64,000 nucleotides of DNA from a virus, in the IMG/VR virus record IMGVR_UViG_3300023176_006361, positions 12,812 to 76,811 of that record; one strand, given 5' to 3'. Below the pieces are notes generated by a model. It was not told the origin of the DNA. It was given only the letters and a program-made list of their open reading frames with translations, and did no database searches. Positions 62,859-64,000 of this stretch are shown here, one piece after another. A program made the translations under genes and the position numbers. Positions within the stretch are counted from its first letter, which is position 1. Each line of letters opens with the position of its first letter.

Positions 62859-63061
62859 CAGAATCCTTTTCCTCTCACCTTTTGCTTCTTGTCGATAACA
62901 ACTACAGTAGGATTATACAACGCATGTGAGTGATGAAACCAGTAAGCTCGAAGAACTTCATAGTCATCAAACACAGGTGATTTACCATGGTCATGCACAA
63001 CTTGATAATTGTGTCTATCATACAATCCATCAGATGTGCATGTGAATGTTTTAATGCTCAT
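62858..63061 (-). CDS. Conserved cyanophage hypothetical protein
   Basis: FTCTSDGLYDRHNY...FDDYEVLRAYWF...KGF. Confidence 0.7.
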   Translation of the reverse strand: MSIKTFTCTSDGLYDRHNYQVVHDHGKSPVFDDYEVLRAYWFHHSHALYNPTVVVIDKKQKVRGKGF

Positions 63062-63254
63062 TGTGTGAATAGAACTCTTCATTACGACGACGGTCTAGAT
63101 ACTGGATGACTTCATCACGCCATTCCATCAACTCATGGTAGCATTTCTGATTGTGAGCACACTGACGCAGCTCATGATCTGGTTTCAATACTGACTCATA
63201 GAATAGACCAAGGGCATCTCTGCGCTTTTCGTGTTTTTCCTGATCCATAGACAC
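63051..63254 (-). CDS. Conserved cyanophage protein, paralogue of 56341..56538
   Basis: ESVLKPDHELRQCAHNQKCYHELM. Confidence 0.8.
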   Translation of the reverse strand: MSMDQEKHEKRRDALGLFYESVLKPDHELRQCAHNQKCYHELMEWRDEVIQYLDRRRNEEFYSHNEH

Positions 63255-63321
63255 CTCTTGGGTTATTTTATATGTAGATGAATTTTAACAGGGAATGTGT
63301 TGAAATGAGTATAATTTAATA

Positions 63322-63507
63322 CTATTCACAGGATTCATTCTTTTTGAAATGCTTGCGACATTTCTTCACATCCTTCAGTTCATCCTTGATCATCTGGTAG
63401 GCATCTTCGGCACTAATTCGTCGTGCCATTTCCATAGCCGTGATGATTTCTACTCTGGTGCCAAAGTGTTTCAGTGCTTCTTCGAAGCAATTCAATTCCT
63501 CATACAT
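63322..63507 (-). CDS. Conserved cyanophage hypothetical protein
   Basis: 61 aa; FEEALKHFGTRVEIITAME..ISAEDAYQMIK. Confidence 0.75.
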   Translation of the reverse strand: MYEELNCFEEALKHFGTRVEIITAMEMARRISAEDAYQMIKDELKDVKKCRKHFKKNESCE

Positions 63508-63510
63508 GGC

Positions 63511-64000
63511 TCAATAATCGGTAACTTGGATAGCGGGTAGACCCTTGACGAACACAGTATCAACAAGATTCTGCAGTCGCTTGATAGTATTTACACCGTA
63601 ATTCTTGAATACAGGGACGGTGACAAAACCAGTGGACTTGCGATACATTTGACATGCGCCAGGAGTAAGATTGCCTGCAGCCATATCAGCAGCATCATCA
63701 CGATTGACACGGATAACACGACCGATAGTCTGTGCCATCTCAATCACATTCAGATTGCGAAGGAACACAGTCTGGGTGAGACCATGCACGTTGATACCTT
63801 CAGACAGAATAGAATAGTGGAAGATGATGAACTTCTTGCTGGGATCTTTACCCCACTGGTCGAACTGGTGAAAGAACTGCTCACGATTGACCTTGAGAGT
63901 GTTGACATAAGCACCATACTTGCTGGTGATGTGCATCACTTCAAAACCACGGTTCTTGCACTCATCAATGATGTTAGTCTTGGTGAGCAGGTTGAACATG
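63511..64000 (-). CDS. SF2 (DEAD/DEAH-like) helicase, C-terminal part (truncated by window edge)
   Basis: HYSILSEGINV (motif V) and QTIGRVIR (motif VI). Confidence 0.8.
   Translation of the reverse strand, partial: MFNLLTKTNIIDECKNRGFEVMHITSKYGAYVNTLKVNREQFFHQFDQWGKDPSKKFIIFHYSILSEGINVHGLTQTVFLRNLNVIEMAQTIGRVIRVNRDDAADMAAGNLTPGACQMYRKSTGFVTVPVFKNYGVNTIKRLQNLVDTVFVKGLPAIQVTDY

Noticed and set aside
1-64000. tRNA/rRNA genes, introns, inteins, auxiliary metabolic genes
   Set aside because: No cloverleaf or T-loop consensus in the gaps, no interrupted core gene, and no intein or photosynthesis-gene motifs recognised by eye.

Overview
This is a 64-kb slice of a T4-like cyanobacterial myovirus (Kyanoviridae-type); almost all genes lie on the minus strand. 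Positions 1-51.8 kb are the late structural module: PAAR (gp5.4-like), gp25, gp6, a 3849-aa gp7, gp8, a 2878-aa VrlC/DUF4815-like protein, a 2634-aa subtilase/cupredoxin/YHYH/Ig virion protein, and a translationally coupled chain of fibre/adaptor/lectin proteins, with T4 late promoters (NATAAATA). Positions 52-64 kb are an early/middle accessory region of small ORFs, including two PD-(D/E)xK nucleases, a KxDG ligase-like protein, an AbrB-like protein, a pyrimidine-dimer-glycosylase-like protein and a truncated helicase. Main signals beyond the gene list: (1) a ~570-bp origin-like non-coding locus (54893-55467) with divergent sigma70 promoters, iteron-like TCTMKACTAGA repeats, phased 10-mers and four cyanobacterial-type DnaA boxes, next to the only plus-strand operon; (2) nine copies of a 22-bp palindrome-plus-(-10) early promoter cassette that overlap upstream gene ends, one read through as a gene fusion; (3) FN3-like modules apparently split between adjacent virion genes, suggesting inter-protein strand complementation, including at the PAAR tip; (4) strong TTAA depletion. 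All counts and alignments were made by eye, and family names come from motif recognition rather than database searches. No tRNA, CRISPR array, integrase or reverse transcriptase was seen.
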